Sequence record: SRR20825006_1019
Length of the DNA stretch: 64,000 nt
Strand: one strand, 5' to 3'
Every line of letters starts with the position of its first letter. Position 1 is the stretch's first letter. The position numbers and the translations under genes were made by a program. Positions 31,068 to 42,011 of this stretch are shown here, in pieces. The notes under the pieces are model-generated. The model had not been told where the DNA came from. It did not search any database and saw nothing but the letters and a program-made list of their open reading frames with translations.

Positions 31068-32198
31068 CTACAGCGTCGGCAGCGAAGCTTTAGGCGGTGC
31101 CGAAGCGGCTTTCGCGGCCAAGTTGCGAACCAAAGAACGAGCGACTTGGTCAAACGGTGCGCGGGCGCGATGATCGTTCGCGAGAACCTCGGCCAATTTG
31201 CCCGCGTCACCGGCTTCACGAAGTGTGATATCGATGGGCAATCCACCTAGGTAAGGAACGGTGAGTTCTTCGGCTTTGTCGCGAGCACCACCACGACCGA
31301 AGATGTCGTAGGTCTTGCCACAATCCGGGCAAGTGAATCCGCTCATGTTTTCCACCATGCCCGCGATCGGAATGTTGACTTTGCGGAACATGCTGATGGC
31401 TTTGACCGCGTCCAGCAGGGCGACTTCCTGTGGGGTGCAAACCACGACAGCACCCGTGATTGGGATCGCTTGCGACAGCGTCAATGCGATGTCGCCGGTG
31501 CCCGGTGGCATGTCAATGACCAAGTAATCCAGTTCGCCCCAGGACGTGTCACGCAGGAATTGTTGGATCGAACCGTGCAGCATCGGACCACGCCAAATCA
31601 CGGCTTGGTCCGGTTCCAGCAAGAATCCCATCGACATGACGGGCATTGCGCCTTCGGTTTCGGGTGGGACTCCTGATTCGCCGTTGGGGCCGAGGCGAAT
31701 CGGTTCAATTTTTTTGTCCTCGGAGATCGCGGGACGACCGGACAATCCCAGCAAATGCGGGACGCTGGGGCCGTAAACATCGGCGTCCATGAGGCCGACA
31801 CTGGCACCCAATCGGCGAAGTGTCAGTGCCAAAGACGTTGCCACGGTGCTCTTGCCAACGCCACCTTTGCCGCTTCCCACCAGGATCACGCTCTTGGCTT
31901 TCAAGCCAACCTGACCCAGTCGAGCTGGTGGGCGAGCATGAACAGGTGTTTGCACCTGGATGGTTTTTCCCGGTGCCACCGTCAAAGCCAGATCGCGAAT
32001 CGTGTCCGCGATCTCGTCGGCGATGGGTTGGCAGTGGGACGTGATTCCCACAGACAGTTTGATCGTGTCGCCATCCAGCGTGATTTCGCCCAATTGCCCG
32101 GTGCTTTCGATTGGCCGTCCGGTTTCAGGATCCGGGTGTTGGCCGATTCGTTCGCGAAGAGAGGCGATCAGGGCGTCGGGTTCGACGGGAGTCGTCAT
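31068..32198 (-). CDS. mrp: Mrp/NBP35 Fe-S cluster carrier ATPase
   Basis: SGKGGVGKST, DADVYGPS, WRGPM, DMPPGTGD, ENMS..CPDC. Confidence 0.93.
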   Translation of the reverse strand: MTTPVEPDALIASLRERIGQHPDPETGRPIESTGQLGEITLDGDTIKLSVGITSHCQPIADEIADTIRDLALTVAPGKTIQVQTPVHARPPARLGQVGLKAKSVILVGSGKGGVGKSTVATSLALTLRRLGASVGLMDADVYGPSVPHLLGLSGRPAISEDKKIEPIRLGPNGESGVPPETEGAMPVMSMGFLLEPDQAVIWRGPMLHGSIQQFLRDTSWGELDYLVIDMPPGTGDIALTLSQAIPITGAVVVCTPQEVALLDAVKAISMFRKVNIPIAGMVENMSGFTCPDCGKTYDIFGRGGARDKAEELTVPYLGGLPIDITLREAGDAGKLAEVLANDHRARAPFDQVARSLVRNLAAKAASAPPKASLPTL

Positions 32199-32236
32199 TT
32201 CAAAAACCAGGGGCGATCAAGACCAGGGAAGTGGTG

Positions 32237-33574
32237 TCACGAGTTGGCATCCAGCAATTCGCCGATGTCCAGCAAGTGAACTTGGCGTCCGCCTTCGTTC
32301 TGGTCAACCGCGTGCGGACTGTCGATCGCAACTGTACGTCCATCGGGGCTGCATCGTGGGTGCGTGTCGCAACGCCATTCGCCGGTGTAGCGTTTGGGCG
32401 ATGGGAAATGCCCAAGATCAAATCGTCGGTCACTGGGAACGTGATACAGGTAAACCGTTTGACGTCGGGACTTGCTCGGGTAGGTATCGTTGAGAATCCA
32501 ATCCCCGTAGTCGCCCGCCAGGTAAGTGTTGTGCCCGTTGGTTGGCATCTTGCCGGCGCCAACCGGACGAACAGCATCGGTTTGATCGTCAAAGACATAG
32601 AAACCATTGGGTTTGCCGGCGGGCCGGGTCCACATGGTCACGGCATCGTCGCCTTTCCAAATGAAGTGCGATGTGTAGCCGGATGGATCGAGCACATGCA
32701 GATCGGAGCCGTCCATGTTGGCGGTCAACATACGCGTGACAAAACCGCCTTTGTACTGCAGTGTCGACGGATCGAATTCAGGACGGTATCGGTGCAGCAC
32801 AATGAAGCGGGTGCCGGATGGGTTGATCAGAAGGTGATTGAAATAGTGCCACGCGTCGGCATGTTTGTCGCCATCGGGCCAAGGCAATTGAGCGACCTGG
32901 GCCAAGGACAAAATCAGTTCGCTGCGGCCGGTTTGCAGGTCCACTCGCCAAACGCCGGATTCCTCCGGGGCTCGCTCGTCAACGTGCGGATCAACGAGTC
33001 CGGAATAACCGTAGCCAGGTCGAAGGTTGTTGATCCGCCGGAAATCAGCGGACAAACCGGTCCGTCCGTCTTGGCTGATCGTGTAAATCGGTCGATCAAT
33101 TGTTTTCGTCTGGCCCGAGGTCAGGTCACGGATGCGACACACAAACCGATCGCCATCTTGGTCGTTCCAAAGAACGCGTTTGCCGTCTTGGCCGACGAAC
33201 TGCAACATGCATCCTTGTTGCCACCCCCAAGCCTGACTGGTGCCCAACGGGATCCATTGATTGTCGTTGGCGGTGTCCACGTATCCAACTCCGATGCGAT
33301 CCTCAGCGTTGGGACTGCGGCCTTCAAAGTCGACTTCGTTGGACAGCACGAAGCGGCCGGTGGGATCGAATTCTTGTTTGTCGTAGTAGCCAAACCAGTG
33401 AAATTTGGGCCCGTGAGTGATCGTTCGCGCCGGAACAAAGGTTTCCAGCGGACCGGTTTCACTAGCGGTGTCCTTCGCGAAAGACAGCGAGGAGGAACTC
33501 GCAAACAAGGCGGATCCGGCAGCGAGATTGGTTGCGAGGAATTGGCGGCGGGGGAGCGGATTGAAGCGTGGCAT
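32237..33574 (-). CDS. Tat-exported beta-propeller protein (oligogalacturonate lyase/TolB-like)
   Basis: PRRQFL; HWFGYYD, AWGWQQG, NHLLINPSG, RCDTHPR. Confidence 0.75.
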   Translation of the reverse strand: MPRFNPLPRRQFLATNLAAGSALFASSSSLSFAKDTASETGPLETFVPARTITHGPKFHWFGYYDKQEFDPTGRFVLSNEVDFEGRSPNAEDRIGVGYVDTANDNQWIPLGTSQAWGWQQGCMLQFVGQDGKRVLWNDQDGDRFVCRIRDLTSGQTKTIDRPIYTISQDGRTGLSADFRRINNLRPGYGYSGLVDPHVDERAPEESGVWRVDLQTGRSELILSLAQVAQLPWPDGDKHADAWHYFNHLLINPSGTRFIVLHRYRPEFDPSTLQYKGGFVTRMLTANMDGSDLHVLDPSGYTSHFIWKGDDAVTMWTRPAGKPNGFYVFDDQTDAVRPVGAGKMPTNGHNTYLAGDYGDWILNDTYPSKSRRQTVYLYHVPSDRRFDLGHFPSPKRYTGEWRCDTHPRCSPDGRTVAIDSPHAVDQNEGGRQVHLLDIGELLDANS

Positions 33575-33879
33575 CGGAGCGACTCCGGTGGGGAGGGTGG
33601 GGGAGGGAGCTGAGGCGGGAGATGGGCGGCGTGATAAGCCGAGGCGATGCGAGCGCCCCGGCCAACGAACCGTCCCAGCAGTTTAGTTGATTGGCGGTCG
33701 CCACCGTGGCGTGATCGCTGGGGTCAGCGAAGACTCAGGTCTGCAAAAACACGGGGCTGCAACAACGCGGGCTACGTTAATCGCGGAGCCAGCCGCGAGA
33801 TTCATGCCTTAGCCGGGAGCGTTTTCTAGAACGACTCGGGCGAAATCGGCAGACAAAAGACGTCGCCGAGGGGGCTTCG

Positions 33880-34083
33880 CTACCGCTGTTCGCGGTAGGT
33901 GGTGAAGCTGAGGAAGGCCAGCAAACCAGAGAAAATGACGAAACCGAGGTTCATCAGCATGCTGGCGGATCCGAGCGGAGCCATGTCGCTCATTCCAGCC
34001 ACGCCCAACAGCAAATCGGCTCCAAATAGCACCAACAGCAAGATGGACGCCACAAGGCTAACTAGACAAAGAGCCTTGGGCAT
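33880..34083 (-). CDS. Small two-helix membrane protein
   Basis: 67 aa, two hydrophobic helices, GAGG RBS upstream. Confidence 0.7.
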   Translation of the reverse strand: MPKALCLVSLVASILLLVLFGADLLLGVAGMSDMAPLGSASMLMNLGFVIFSGLLAFLSFTTYREQR

Positions 34084-34438
34084 GGACGGGAACCTCGATC
34101 AATTTCGGAGAATCAGGATGCAATTGGAGCGGGACACAGGTCCCGGTTTGGGCGAGACGATCCGCTCGCGTGGCAAGGATAACAAACTCGCCTTCTAGGT
34201 TTGGCCGTCAGTATAGTTCAACCAAAAGAAAATACCCAAGTTCCCGTGATTTCGCCATTTCCCCGCGGCACTTCGGTCGGTCTGGACCGGTTGGAACAGT
34301 TGTCACGAGCCAATTCGCCTATCGTTTCAGGCCGAACGATGCGACGATAAAGGCAAGTGCCACCGGAATTTGGAAGTGGCGAGAACCGTGCGAATTCCGC
34401 ACGCATTTGACGGACTGACCCTCTCTCGACAGGCAACC

Positions 34439-35848
34439 ATGCGTCGGACGCTGTTTTTGATCCCTCACGAATTCGCGGGCTGGCCCATTTTTGGGATTGG
34501 TTGGGCGTTGCTGTTCTTGGTGATTGCCGTTTTGGCCTATGTCGGCTGGGAATCCCGCCGCGGTGGTTTGGGTGCTTCCACCGCCATTCGTCAGATCGCA
34601 GGCTTTGCCGTGATGGCCGCGGTGATTCTGGTGGTCGTGGTCCCGAGAACCGAGTTGGTCAACACGTTGGGCGATCCGGTCGGTGTCGCGGTCCGTGGCT
34701 ACGGGATGTTCTTGATGCTGGCCGCGATTGCGTCGGTCGGCTTGGCGGCTTGGCGAGCCGAGCGTGCCGGGTTGGGAGCCGACTCGATTCTGCAATTGGC
34801 ACCCTGGACGTTCATCGGTGGGCTTTTGGGGGCTCGTGTTTTTTACGTCACGCAGTACTACGAAGATTTCCTGCGGCCGACCTGGGGTGAAACCCTGATG
34901 GCAATGGCGGCGCTAAACCAAGGCGGATTGGTCGTCTATGGCGGATTCATCGGTGGGTTCATCGCATCGTTGATCGCGTTGAAGCGACATCAAACGCCGA
35001 TCTGGCGAATCGGAGACGTGATCATTCCTTGCGTTTTCGTAGGGTTGCTGTTTGGTCGATTGGGGTGCTTGATGAACGGATGCTGCTACGGTGGCGCGTG
35101 CGAAGCGGGACCATTGGCGGTTCAATTTCCGGCGGGCTCACAGGTCCATGCTGAGCAGTTGTTGTCGGGCGAATTGCTGGGCATCGAAGGGCATCCGGTC
35201 GTGTCGGATGAGGAGCCACCCGCCGGTCAATCGCAGATGGTTGTGGATTCGGTGCGTCCAGATTCGTTGGCCAACCAAGCGGGAGTGAAGAAGGGCGAAA
35301 CGCTGACGATCGCCCTGGATCCATCCTATCGGGACCAAGTGCCGTTGGATCGGCCCGCGGAAGAAGCTTTACCAGGCGTTGTCGTGCTAAGAGATGACGA
35401 AGTTGTGGCGAGATTTTCGCCGCGTGATTTGCCCTCGATTGCGGATCCCGTTTGGGGCACGCAAATTATCAGTTCCGTGTTCGCCGCCATCATGTTTGTT
35501 GTTTTGCTGATTGTGGAACGAATCCTGCATCGGCCGTCCAAGCAAACGGATGACGCCGTGACGGAGCGAGCTATCACGGGAGGACGTCGGCCGGGTGTTT
35601 TGATGCTGGTTGGCTTCATCGCCTACGGTGTGCTTCGAATCGTGTTGGAGTGGATTCGCGTCGACGAGAAAGGTCAATTTGGCACTTCGTTGTCGATCTC
35701 GCAGTGGGTCAGTTTGGTCGTTATCGCGGCCAGTTTGGTGGCACTGTTCATTCGTTGGCGTGGTGTGGACTCGACGTCGGAGCAAACTCCTGGTGGTGGG
35801 AACACGAACGTGGTTGGCGGATCGGATGCGGCAGCGGCCGGATTGTGA
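34439..35848 (+). CDS. lgt: Prolipoprotein diacylglyceryl transferase with a PDZ-like insertion
   Basis: RGYG, GARVFYV, GGLVVYGGFIGG, GRLGCLMNGCCYG, RIVLEWIR, SISQW. Confidence 0.88.
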   Translation: MRRTLFLIPHEFAGWPIFGIGWALLFLVIAVLAYVGWESRRGGLGASTAIRQIAGFAVMAAVILVVVVPRTELVNTLGDPVGVAVRGYGMFLMLAAIASVGLAAWRAERAGLGADSILQLAPWTFIGGLLGARVFYVTQYYEDFLRPTWGETLMAMAALNQGGLVVYGGFIGGFIASLIALKRHQTPIWRIGDVIIPCVFVGLLFGRLGCLMNGCCYGGACEAGPLAVQFPAGSQVHAEQLLSGELLGIEGHPVVSDEEPPAGQSQMVVDSVRPDSLANQAGVKKGETLTIALDPSYRDQVPLDRPAEEALPGVVVLRDDEVVARFSPRDLPSIADPVWGTQIISSVFAAIMFVVLLIVERILHRPSKQTDDAVTERAITGGRRPGVLMLVGFIAYGVLRIVLEWIRVDEKGQFGTSLSISQWVSLVVIAASLVALFIRWRGVDSTSEQTPGGGNTNVVGGSDAAAAGL

Positions 35849-35929
35849 TGAGTCGACGACGGACTGTTTTTCGTCCTCATCGAAACCCATTTAGATTGAT
35901 TGAGATACTTTGAATATTGAGAGCGGTTC

Positions 35930-36928
35930 ATGAAGATCGCCTGCTTCAGCACCAAGCCCTACGACGAGCAGTTTTTGTCAGCGGCTTCGGAAAAGTTCGA
36001 GCATGAATTCGTGTTCCTGGAACACCGGTTGGATGCGTCGACCGTGGTGTTGGCGGAGGGATGCGATGCCGTGTGCGCCTTCGTCAACGACACGTTGGAT
36101 GCTTCTGTGCTCCAGCGAATCAGCGAGATTGGAATCGGCTTACTCGCCATGCGATGCGCCGGCGTCAACAATGTTGACTTGGACGCCGCCGCGAAGTTTG
36201 GTGTCCGCGTCGTGCGAGTTCCTCGTTATTCTCCGTATGCGGTGGCCGAGCATACGATCGGATTGATTTTGACTTTGAATCGGAAGATTCACAAAGCATA
36301 CAACCGAGTGCGTGAGAACAACTTTTCGATCGATGGGTTTTTGGGTTTCGATTTGCACGGCCGAACGTTTGGCGTGATCGGTACCGGTGCGATCGGTCGT
36401 ACACTGGCAGGGATCGTGGGTGGTTTTGGTTGCCGCGTGTTGATGTACGACCCTTATCCGAATGACGATGCCAAAAAGCTTGGCGAATACGTTGATCTGG
36501 ATCGATTGCTGGCCGAGTCTGATTTGGTTTCTCTGCAGTGCCCGCTGACGCCGGACACATATCATTTGATCGATGCCGAACGACTGAGCAAAATGAAACG
36601 CGGTGCGATGTTGGTCAACACATCGCGAGGTGGATTGGTCGATACTTCTGCGGCCATTGAAGGTTTGAAGTCCGGCCAGTTGGGCGGGTTTGCCTTGGAT
36701 GTCTACGAAGAGGAATCAGGCGTGTTCTTTGAAGATCTGTCACAGCAGGTCATGCAGGATGACGTGCTTTCGCGTTTGATGACATTTCCAAATGTCTTGA
36801 TCACTTCTCACCAAGCCTTCTTCACACGAGAAGCATTGGAAACCATTGCGGAAACGACGCTTCAAAGCATCGATGCGTTCAGCCGCGATGAAGAGTTGGT
36901 CAATGAGGTGGTTGCCACACCATCATGA
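35930..36928 (+). CDS. ldhA: D-lactate dehydrogenase (D-2-hydroxyacid dehydrogenase)
   Basis: [44 protein letters not shown]. Confidence 0.92.
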   Translation: MKIACFSTKPYDEQFLSAASEKFEHEFVFLEHRLDASTVVLAEGCDAVCAFVNDTLDASVLQRISEIGIGLLAMRCAGVNNVDLDAAAKFGVRVVRVPRYSPYAVAEHTIGLILTLNRKIHKAYNRVRENNFSIDGFLGFDLHGRTFGVIGTGAIGRTLAGIVGGFGCRVLMYDPYPNDDAKKLGEYVDLDRLLAESDLVSLQCPLTPDTYHLIDAERLSKMKRGAMLVNTSRGGLVDTSAAIEGLKSGQLGGFALDVYEEESGVFFEDLSQQVMQDDVLSRLMTFPNVLITSHQAFFTREALETIAETTLQSIDAFSRDEELVNEVVATPS

Positions 36929-37680
36929 CCTTTGCACGCATTCGCAGTGATGAGTGGATGGACGATCCCGGTTTGGATCCAGATCGACATCGGCAGGCTT
37001 TGGCTGGATTGGCTCGGTTGAACCGAATCAGTTTGGTCTCGCGCGTGTTTTACCCTCGGTTGGTTCGATTGGCGTCGCAGCAACCGCGTCGACCTCTGCG
37101 CATTTTGGATGTTGCCAGCGGCAGCGCGGACCTTCCGATCGATTGGTTGTGCCGGGCCAAGCGACAGGGCATCCAGATGGAGGTCACCTCGCTGGATCGC
37201 AGTGAAACCGCCATGGATTATGCCTCGGAGTCGGCCAAGGCTGCTGGCGTGACCTTGGGCACTGTCGTGCGGGATTGCTTGGTGGATGGATTGCCGTCTG
37301 GATTTGATGTCGTGACCAATTCCTTGTTCATGCACCATTTAGAAAACTATCAAGCGGTCCGGTTGATCCAGGAAATGTGGCGCGTGAGTGAACGCTCGGT
37401 GCTGATCTGTGACCTGGATCGATCATCGGTGAATCTTGCTTTGGTCGCAGCCGCATCGCGGTTGGTCTCGCGCAGCGACATCGTTCACCACGATGCAACG
37501 GCCAGTGTTCGAGCCGCGTACAGTCGCCCTGAGTTTTCGTCGCTTCTTCGACAAGCGATGGGATACGATATTCCCGTTCGCATTTCTTTTCCCTGCCGAT
37601 TCCTTGCAGCGATCGATCAAGCCTGCGTGGCGGAAAGGGTGGGGGCACCTTCGCCAATTCTGTCGGGTGCCATTCCGTGA
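36925..37680 (+). CDS. SAM-dependent methyltransferase (type III PKS-associated)
   Basis: [37 protein letters not shown] overlap with ldhA. Confidence 0.88.
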   Translation: MTFARIRSDEWMDDPGLDPDRHRQALAGLARLNRISLVSRVFYPRLVRLASQQPRRPLRILDVASGSADLPIDWLCRAKRQGIQMEVTSLDRSETAMDYASESAKAAGVTLGTVVRDCLVDGLPSGFDVVTNSLFMHHLENYQAVRLIQEMWRVSERSVLICDLDRSSVNLALVAAASRLVSRSDIVHHDATASVRAAYSRPEFSSLLRQAMGYDIPVRISFPCRFLAAIDQACVAERVGAPSPILSGAIP

Positions 37681-39026
37681 TGAGCCTCGCCGAATCAGGT
37701 TCCTCGATTGAAACTCGGGACTTGGGCAAGGTCGCAATCATTGGTGCGGGCGTGGCAGGTTCTGCTGCGGCAATTCGGTTTGCGCAGCGTGGTGCCAAGG
37801 TCACCTTGTTCGAGCGATCGGTTTTCCCTCGCGAAAAAGTTTGTGGGTGTTGTTTGGGGGCTGCGGGATTGGCAGCGCTGGATGCAATCGGTGCCGGCGA
37901 ATCAATTCGCGATCTCGGGCTGCCGACCAAGTTCTTTCGTGGCTACTTTCAAGTGACGAAAGCTAGCTCAGCGGTGACACAGATGGTGGGCGAGAAAGCG
38001 TCGCGTGTTCCCCCGGTACGTATTCCAATTCGTGAGGGCATCGCACTTTCGCGTGCGGAATTGGATCAGCATCTTTTGACGTTGGCGATCGAGGCCGGTG
38101 TGGAAGTGCGGCAGCCATGCGAAGCCACCATCGTGGCGGAGTCCGACGAAAGCGTTTCAATCGACATCGGAACGGGATCGCCAGAGGCTTTTGACTTGGT
38201 GGTCGTTGCGGCGGGGCTGACCGGACGTTTTCGACAACGCGATGTGGCGGATCTTCGGTGGGTTGAAACGCCCAATGGCCCAATGGGTTTATCCGCTCAT
38301 ATGAGTCGCGATGACGCAAATCAGATTGATTGGATTTTGGAATCTGGTGAAATCCAAATGCACTGTGGGCATGACGGCTATGTCGGGATCGTCTGTCTTC
38401 CGAACGGAAATCTTGACATCGCTGCCGCTGTTCATCCCGGCAAGAAGGGTGCCTCTGGAGAGGGGGTTGGTAGGATGGCGATCCAAATGCAAACGCTGGC
38501 ATTGTTATTGGATTCGGGGCTGTTTGATTCGTCACAGTCGCGAAAACTGGAGCATTGGTTTGCGGAAGCGGCACGCTGGCAAACCACCCCACCGCTGAGG
38601 CGAAGAAGGGTGAGCGGCCGAGGCCGTGTTGTCGCGATTGGGGATGCGGCAGGCTATGTTGAACCGCTGACGGGCGAAGGAATGACGTGGGGGATTGAGA
38701 GCGGTTTGGTGGTGGCTGATTTGTGGGCTTTGTATCGGTTGGGGCAGATGACGCCTAACGGTGAAGCCGATTTTGGTGCAAACTGGGATCGTCGAGCAGT
38801 GAAGTTTCAAACCCGCCGTCGGCATTTATGTCGTTGGGTCACCGGGATGGTTCGGTATCGTCCGGCTCGCTGGTTAGCATGTCATGGTCTACGACGTGCT
38901 CATTGGTTGGCGACTCCTTTCACTCGTAGTCTCGCAAACGGACCGCGTTTCGACGCAACGTCCTCCATCCATCGCACCGCAATGAGCTTCGCGGACGCTT
39001 CTCTTCGGACTCACGTCTCTTCATGA
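37677..39026 (+). CDS. FAD-dependent oxidoreductase/hydroxylase (geranylgeranyl reductase-like)
   Basis: IIGAGVAG, FPREKVCG, IGDAAGYVEPLTGEGM. Confidence 0.88.
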   Translation: MMSLAESGSSIETRDLGKVAIIGAGVAGSAAAIRFAQRGAKVTLFERSVFPREKVCGCCLGAAGLAALDAIGAGESIRDLGLPTKFFRGYFQVTKASSAVTQMVGEKASRVPPVRIPIREGIALSRAELDQHLLTLAIEAGVEVRQPCEATIVAESDESVSIDIGTGSPEAFDLVVVAAGLTGRFRQRDVADLRWVETPNGPMGLSAHMSRDDANQIDWILESGEIQMHCGHDGYVGIVCLPNGNLDIAAAVHPGKKGASGEGVGRMAIQMQTLALLLDSGLFDSSQSRKLEHWFAEAARWQTTPPLRRRRVSGRGRVVAIGDAAGYVEPLTGEGMTWGIESGLVVADLWALYRLGQMTPNGEADFGANWDRRAVKFQTRRRHLCRWVTGMVRYRPARWLACHGLRRAHWLATPFTRSLANGPRFDATSSIHRTAMSFADASLRTHVSS

Positions 39027-40126
39027 CTGCCCAGATCTTATCGATTGCGACGGCTCAGCCAACGCACAAGGCCGACCTTGCGTTCTCAACTCACTGCGCC
39101 CAAAGCATGTCATGCGAGGACGAATCGCAGGCTGTGAAATTGGCCAAGCTGTACCGTCGAACCGGGGTCGATACTCGCGGAAGTGTGTTGGTTGAAAAAG
39201 GCGATGCAGGCGAGCTGACTCAGTCTTTTTATCCACCCATGCAAGATGGCTGCGATCGTGGCCCGACGATGGCCACTCGCAACGAACGCTTTGCTGAGGA
39301 AGCACCCGCACTAGCGTGCCGAGCCGGGCAGGGAGCGCTCGATGGCAGCGGTATATCGCCGGACGATGTCACGCACGTGGTCACCGTCACTTGCACCGGG
39401 TTCACCGCGCCGGGGATCGATGTGCAATTGATTGACAAGCTCGGTTTGCCGATCACGACCCAGCGAATTCAAGTCGGGTTCATGGGCTGTCACGGTTTAG
39501 TCAACGCGCTCCGGACCGCACGCGGTTTGGTCGCGGCCGACTCCGACGCGGTGGTGTTGATCGTTTGCATCGAACTTTGCAGTCTGCACTACCAGTACGG
39601 ATACGATGCCCAGCGGATCGTGTCAGGATCTTTGTTCGCCGATGGTTCGGCGGGTTTGATTGTTGCCGGCGATGATTGCCCCGCATCAAGTGTCGATACA
39701 CCGCTGGGTGAAATCGTCTCGGTCGGTTCGTGTTTGATTCGCGACAGTCATGACGCCATGACTTGGCGGATCGGCGACAACGGATTCATCATGACGCTTG
39801 AAGCCAGCGTGCCTGGTTTCATCGAAACGAACCTTCGTGAGTTTCTCGTGCCGTGGTTGGCCAAGTCAGGATTGGATTTGGATTCGATCGGTGGTTGGGC
39901 GGTGCATCCCGGCGGCGTTCGGATTTTGCAGTCGGTTGAAACCGCGTTGGAATTGCCTTCGGGCGCGCTCGATGTTTCGCGTGAAGTGTTGCGAGAACAC
40001 GGCAACATGTCGTCAGCCACACTCGGGTTTGTTCTGCAGAAATTCCAGCAGCGAAACGTTCCTGGTCCTTGGTTGATGCTTGGTTTTGGCCCGGGGCTCG
40101 AAATCGAAGTCGCGGTCGTCCGCTAA
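39023..40126 (+). CDS. Type III polyketide synthase
   Basis: Catalytic Cys (FMGCHG), His (VHPGG) and Asn (HGNMSS); LFADG; GFGPGL. Confidence 0.96.
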   Translation: MTAQILSIATAQPTHKADLAFSTHCAQSMSCEDESQAVKLAKLYRRTGVDTRGSVLVEKGDAGELTQSFYPPMQDGCDRGPTMATRNERFAEEAPALACRAGQGALDGSGISPDDVTHVVTVTCTGFTAPGIDVQLIDKLGLPITTQRIQVGFMGCHGLVNALRTARGLVAADSDAVVLIVCIELCSLHYQYGYDAQRIVSGSLFADGSAGLIVAGDDCPASSVDTPLGEIVSVGSCLIRDSHDAMTWRIGDNGFIMTLEASVPGFIETNLREFLVPWLAKSGLDLDSIGGWAVHPGGVRILQSVETALELPSGALDVSREVLREHGNMSSATLGFVLQKFQQRNVPGPWLMLGFGPGLEIEVAVVR

Positions 40127-40210
40127 GTGGTCTTGGCCGATTTTCCTGCAAGGACGTCTTTTACCCCCTGAGGTCTTCTGACGGGGCGTGAGGGCGGTTA
40201 TCTTGTCGGC

Positions 40211-41074
40211 ATGAATATCACCAAATGCATTGATTCAGCCGGCCAAACTCGCGTTGCTTTGGTCGAAAACGACAGTTTGGTTCCGTTGCAGATGACAGCG
40301 GAGCTTCCGACTTTGTCGGCAATTCTTGCCGCAGAGAATCCCTTGGCCGCGGCAGGCTCGCTGGGACGCGACCAACCCATCGCGATCAATGATTCGACGC
40401 AGTGGTTGCCGCCGATCGATCAGCAAGAAGTCTGGGCGGCAGGTGTGACCTACAAACGTAGCCAAACGGCTCGAATGGAAGAGTCCGAAGCAGCCGCCTC
40501 CTGCTACGACCAGGTGTACAACGCCGATCGGCCGGAGATCTTTTTCAAGGCGACGCCTTCGCGCGTCAGCGGCCACCATCAACCGCTTCGCATTCGAACC
40601 GATGCCAAGTGGAATGTGCCGGAGCCCGAGATCACGTTGGTGCTCAGCCCCTCTTTGAAAATCGTCGGATTGACGGTCGGTAATGACATGAGTTCGCGAG
40701 ACATTGAGGGCGAGAACCCTTTGTATTTGCCTCAAGCGAAGTGTTACGACCAGTGTGCGGGGTTGGGGCCTTGGATCGCATTGATGGATGAACTGCCTTC
40801 GGTCGACGCCATCACCGTGGATCTGAAGATTGTCCGAGATGGAAGCGTCGTTTTCGATCAGGCCACATCGGCGGCTGAGATGGCCCGGAAGTTTGAAGAT
40901 TTGGTGCAGTGGTTGGGACGTGACAACACGATGGCCGACGGGGCATTTTTGATGACCGGGACCGGGATTGTTCCCACCAGCGATTTCACGCTGCTTCCTG
41001 ATGACGTCGTGAACATCACCATCGGTGGCGTGGGCACGTTGTCCAACCGGATTGTTCAAGGTGCGGCCTCCTGA
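40211..41074 (+). CDS. Fumarylacetoacetate hydrolase family protein (KdaD/XylX-like dehydratase)
   Basis: QEVWAAGVTY, RPEIFFK, PEPE, GNDMSSRDIEGENPLYLPQAK, MTGTG. Confidence 0.88.
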   Translation: MNITKCIDSAGQTRVALVENDSLVPLQMTAELPTLSAILAAENPLAAAGSLGRDQPIAINDSTQWLPPIDQQEVWAAGVTYKRSQTARMEESEAAASCYDQVYNADRPEIFFKATPSRVSGHHQPLRIRTDAKWNVPEPEITLVLSPSLKIVGLTVGNDMSSRDIEGENPLYLPQAKCYDQCAGLGPWIALMDELPSVDAITVDLKIVRDGSVVFDQATSAAEMARKFEDLVQWLGRDNTMADGAFLMTGTGIVPTSDFTLLPDDVVNITIGGVGTLSNRIVQGAAS

Positions 41075-42011
41075 ATCGAACTCGCAGGTTGAATCAGCAC
41101 CCACGCCGGTTCGGCAGTCGGAAACGTCGGTTGAGCGATTGCCGCTTGCGTGTTGGTTGAATGTGCTGTCACTGGATGCGGTCTTGGTCGCGTTGCTTTG
41201 GCAGTTCGTTTTTGTTTTTTCTTTTTGTGGTCGTGTGCCGCGCTGGTACGAATCCTTTGTTTTGGCGTCGGTCGTTTGGTTGATTTACGTCGCCGACCGG
41301 TTGCTTGATGGGGCGCGATTGGATCTGTCGAAACCACACTTGGTTCGGCATCGAATGCATTACCAATTCGCGCCCGTTTGGGTGACGGCTTGGATCGTGG
41401 TTTTGTTAATCGCCAGTTCCGTCGTGGTGCTTTGGATGGATGCGGCCGTGATCCGGATCGGGTTGCTCATTGCTGCCTTGGTTTTGGCGTATGGTGCCGG
41501 CGTTCACTTCTGGCCGGGACGTGCCACGGTCAGACATGTTTTCGCGAAAGAAGTTCAGGTCGGTGCAATCTTCGCGGCCGGCGTGAGTTTGATCGCTTGG
41601 TCGGAGGCCCCCAGTGTTTCGTTGGGGTTGGCGTGCGTCGCTTCGGCAACGCTGTTCACGGTGAACTGCTGGGCGGTGGCGGAGCGAGAATCGGTCGCAG
41701 ATCAGAACTACGATGCGTCTCAAGCCGGAAAGCCTCGTCGTGAACTGGTGGCAATATGGAGCGTGGCGGTGGTGGCCGGAATCACGGGAATGACCGGTTG
41801 GTTGCCTGGGTTGGTGGTGGTTTGCTTGGTTGGCAGTTCGATGGCCCTGTTCGCGACAACTTGTTGTTGGAGATGGAAGGGGAGGGCTCTGAGCGAATGG
41901 AGTCGTTTGGCGTCGTCGGCTGATGTGCGACTGCCTTGTTTTGATCGATGGGTTCCGATGGCTGATTGGTCGTTGATGTTATCGCCGATGATCTGTTGGG
42001 CTGTCGTTTGA
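41025..42011 (+). CDS. Polytopic membrane protein, UbiA prenyltransferase-like
   Basis: About 8 transmembrane helices; WLIYVADRLLD aspartate motif; start uncertain. Confidence 0.6.
   Translation: MAWARCPTGLFKVRPPESNSQVESAPTPVRQSETSVERLPLACWLNVLSLDAVLVALLWQFVFVFSFCGRVPRWYESFVLASVVWLIYVADRLLDGARLDLSKPHLVRHRMHYQFAPVWVTAWIVVLLIASSVVVLWMDAAVIRIGLLIAALVLAYGAGVHFWPGRATVRHVFAKEVQVGAIFAAGVSLIAWSEAPSVSLGLACVASATLFTVNCWAVAERESVADQNYDASQAGKPRRELVAIWSVAVVAGITGMTGWLPGLVVVCLVGSSMALFATTCCWRWKGRALSEWSRLASSADVRLPCFDRWVPMADWSLMLSPMICWAVV

Noticed and set aside
32111-33613. 500-aa plus-strand ORF
   Set aside because: Antisense to the Tat beta-propeller gene, which has the signal peptide and motifs
40211-41074. 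FAH-family gene as a PKS tailoring enzyme
   Set aside because: Motifs match sugar-acid dehydratases (KdaD/XylX type) and it is not coupled to the PKS gene
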